Part shown: piece after piece, positions 51,126-52,382 of the stretch
Layout of the letters: every line of letters begins with the position of its first letter
Numbering within the stretch: the stretch's first letter is position 1
Source of the DNA: Octopus bimaculoides
Taxonomy: Eukaryota
Assembly (NCBI RefSeq): GCF_001194135.2
Contig: NC_069001.1
Span: 11,791,307 to 11,843,688, forward strand
Direction: 5' to 3'
Length of the DNA stretch: 52,382 nt
Made by a program: the position numbers and the translations under genes
The notes under the pieces: generated by a model
The model's input: the letters and a program-made list of their open reading frames with translations, nothing else
What the model was told of the DNA's origin: nothing
Databases searched by the model: none

Positions 51126-51623
51126 TGTGTGTATATATATATGAATGTATGCGTGTGTGTATATACATATGAATGTATGTATATATATATATGTACATGT
51201 ATATATATATATATATATNNNNNNNNNNTATATATGTATATATGTATATTTATATATATATATGTCTATAAATGAATGTGTGAATGTATGCATATTTATA
51301 TATATATATATATATAATGGATACCCCAATAACATTGATGTAAATGTTACATACATACGCAGATACACACATCTATGCATCTACGTATGTGAGCGTATGA
51401 GAGGACGTATAGCGAGTGCGCGTGTATACGCAGTTATATTAATCTTAATGTAAATTTCACTTATATTTACTTTCTGTTTGACATTATATTAAATAGATCC
51501 TTCTTCTACTCAAGCAACTACTTTCACAGTCAACCTAACACACTCACTAATAAGACTGTTACGTATATACATACTTATATGCATATACACACATATAAAC
51601 ATATGTATATATATACATATATG

Positions 51624-51693
<70 letters not shown>

Positions 51694-52143
51694 CATATAT
51701 ATACATATATATATACATAAAATATATATATACATATATGCATATATCTATACATACATATATATACATATATATATACATACATATATACATGTAAATA
51801 TATAAATATATACATGCATATATATATAAATATATACATATATAAACATATATATATATACCTACATTCATATGCATATGTATATAAATATATGTATGTA
51901 TATATATATATATATATATACATATATATATGTACACATATTAATTGCTACATAACTACGTATATAGATACATGCATATATGTAAATAATATATATATGT
52001 ATATATATAACAGACATACGTCTAAACTTACACACACATGCATACATATATAGGAGAGAGAGGAGAGAGAGATGGATGGATGGACAGAGAGCTATCTACA
52101 TAGATAGATAGNNNNNNNNNNGGATGGACAGAGAGCTATCTAC

Positions 52144-52199
<56 letters not shown>

Positions 52200-52382
52200 C
52201 TAAATGGATAGAGAGATATATGGATAGATATCCAGGCGCACATTAATTACATTTTATATTTTTCACAGAGACACATTTGATCATTTTAGATTCTGAAGAA
52301 ATAACATAATAACAGATTTTTTACTATGTCTGCGCAAACATACATCGGCATACGCATATATATATATATATATATATATATA
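51030..52382. repeat. Long degenerate (TA/CA/TG)n and (GATA)n low-complexity region
   Basis: Direct reading. Confidence 0.95.

Noticed and set aside
5766-51937. Many long ORFs rich in X, YI, HT, CV or LS
   Set aside because: They run through N gaps and dinucleotide repeats.
52075-52150. Duplicated GGATGGACAGAGAGCTATCTACATAGATAG
   Set aside because: The copies straddle a short N gap; likely an assembly artefact.
1-52382. CRISPR array or prokaryotic/viral insert
   Set aside because: No regularly spaced repeat-spacer array and no gene-dense segment.

Overview
AT-rich, gap-rich eukaryotic scaffold window with no confidently identifiable host protein-coding exon. Almost all ORFs in the supplied track are microsatellite or N-gap artefacts. 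The repeat content (tRNA-Arg-like SINEs, several short tRNA-derived SINE families, very dense (TA)n/(CA)n/(CT)n/(AAT)n microsatellites) is most consistent with an Octopus/cephalopod intron or intergenic region; this taxon call is inference from recognised repeat sequence. Recognisable mobile-element relics: RTE-clade LINE fragments (2030-2288 +, 44450-44720 -, probably 27165-27330 -), a Penelope-like (PLE) ORF fragment split by a SINE with a target-site duplication (30780-31596 -), a decayed DNA-transposase fragment (18150-18400 +), and about 30 SINE copies or fragments. The most interesting signal is not in the ORF track: several sequence-unrelated minimal type I hammerhead-ribozyme (HHR) motifs of the PLE/retrozyme kind. 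Two have intact catalytic cores (47551-47595 +; 38882-38922 -, nested in the loop of a 63/65-identical inverted repeat), one tandem pair has a variant core (46294-46486 +), one has an intact core but a broken stem III (40347-40392 +), and several are decayed. A ~400-bp inverted-repeat pair (22100-22510 / 24550-24950) and oppositely oriented SINE clusters add long dsRNA potential. All motifs were read by eye; none was tested computationally or experimentally.
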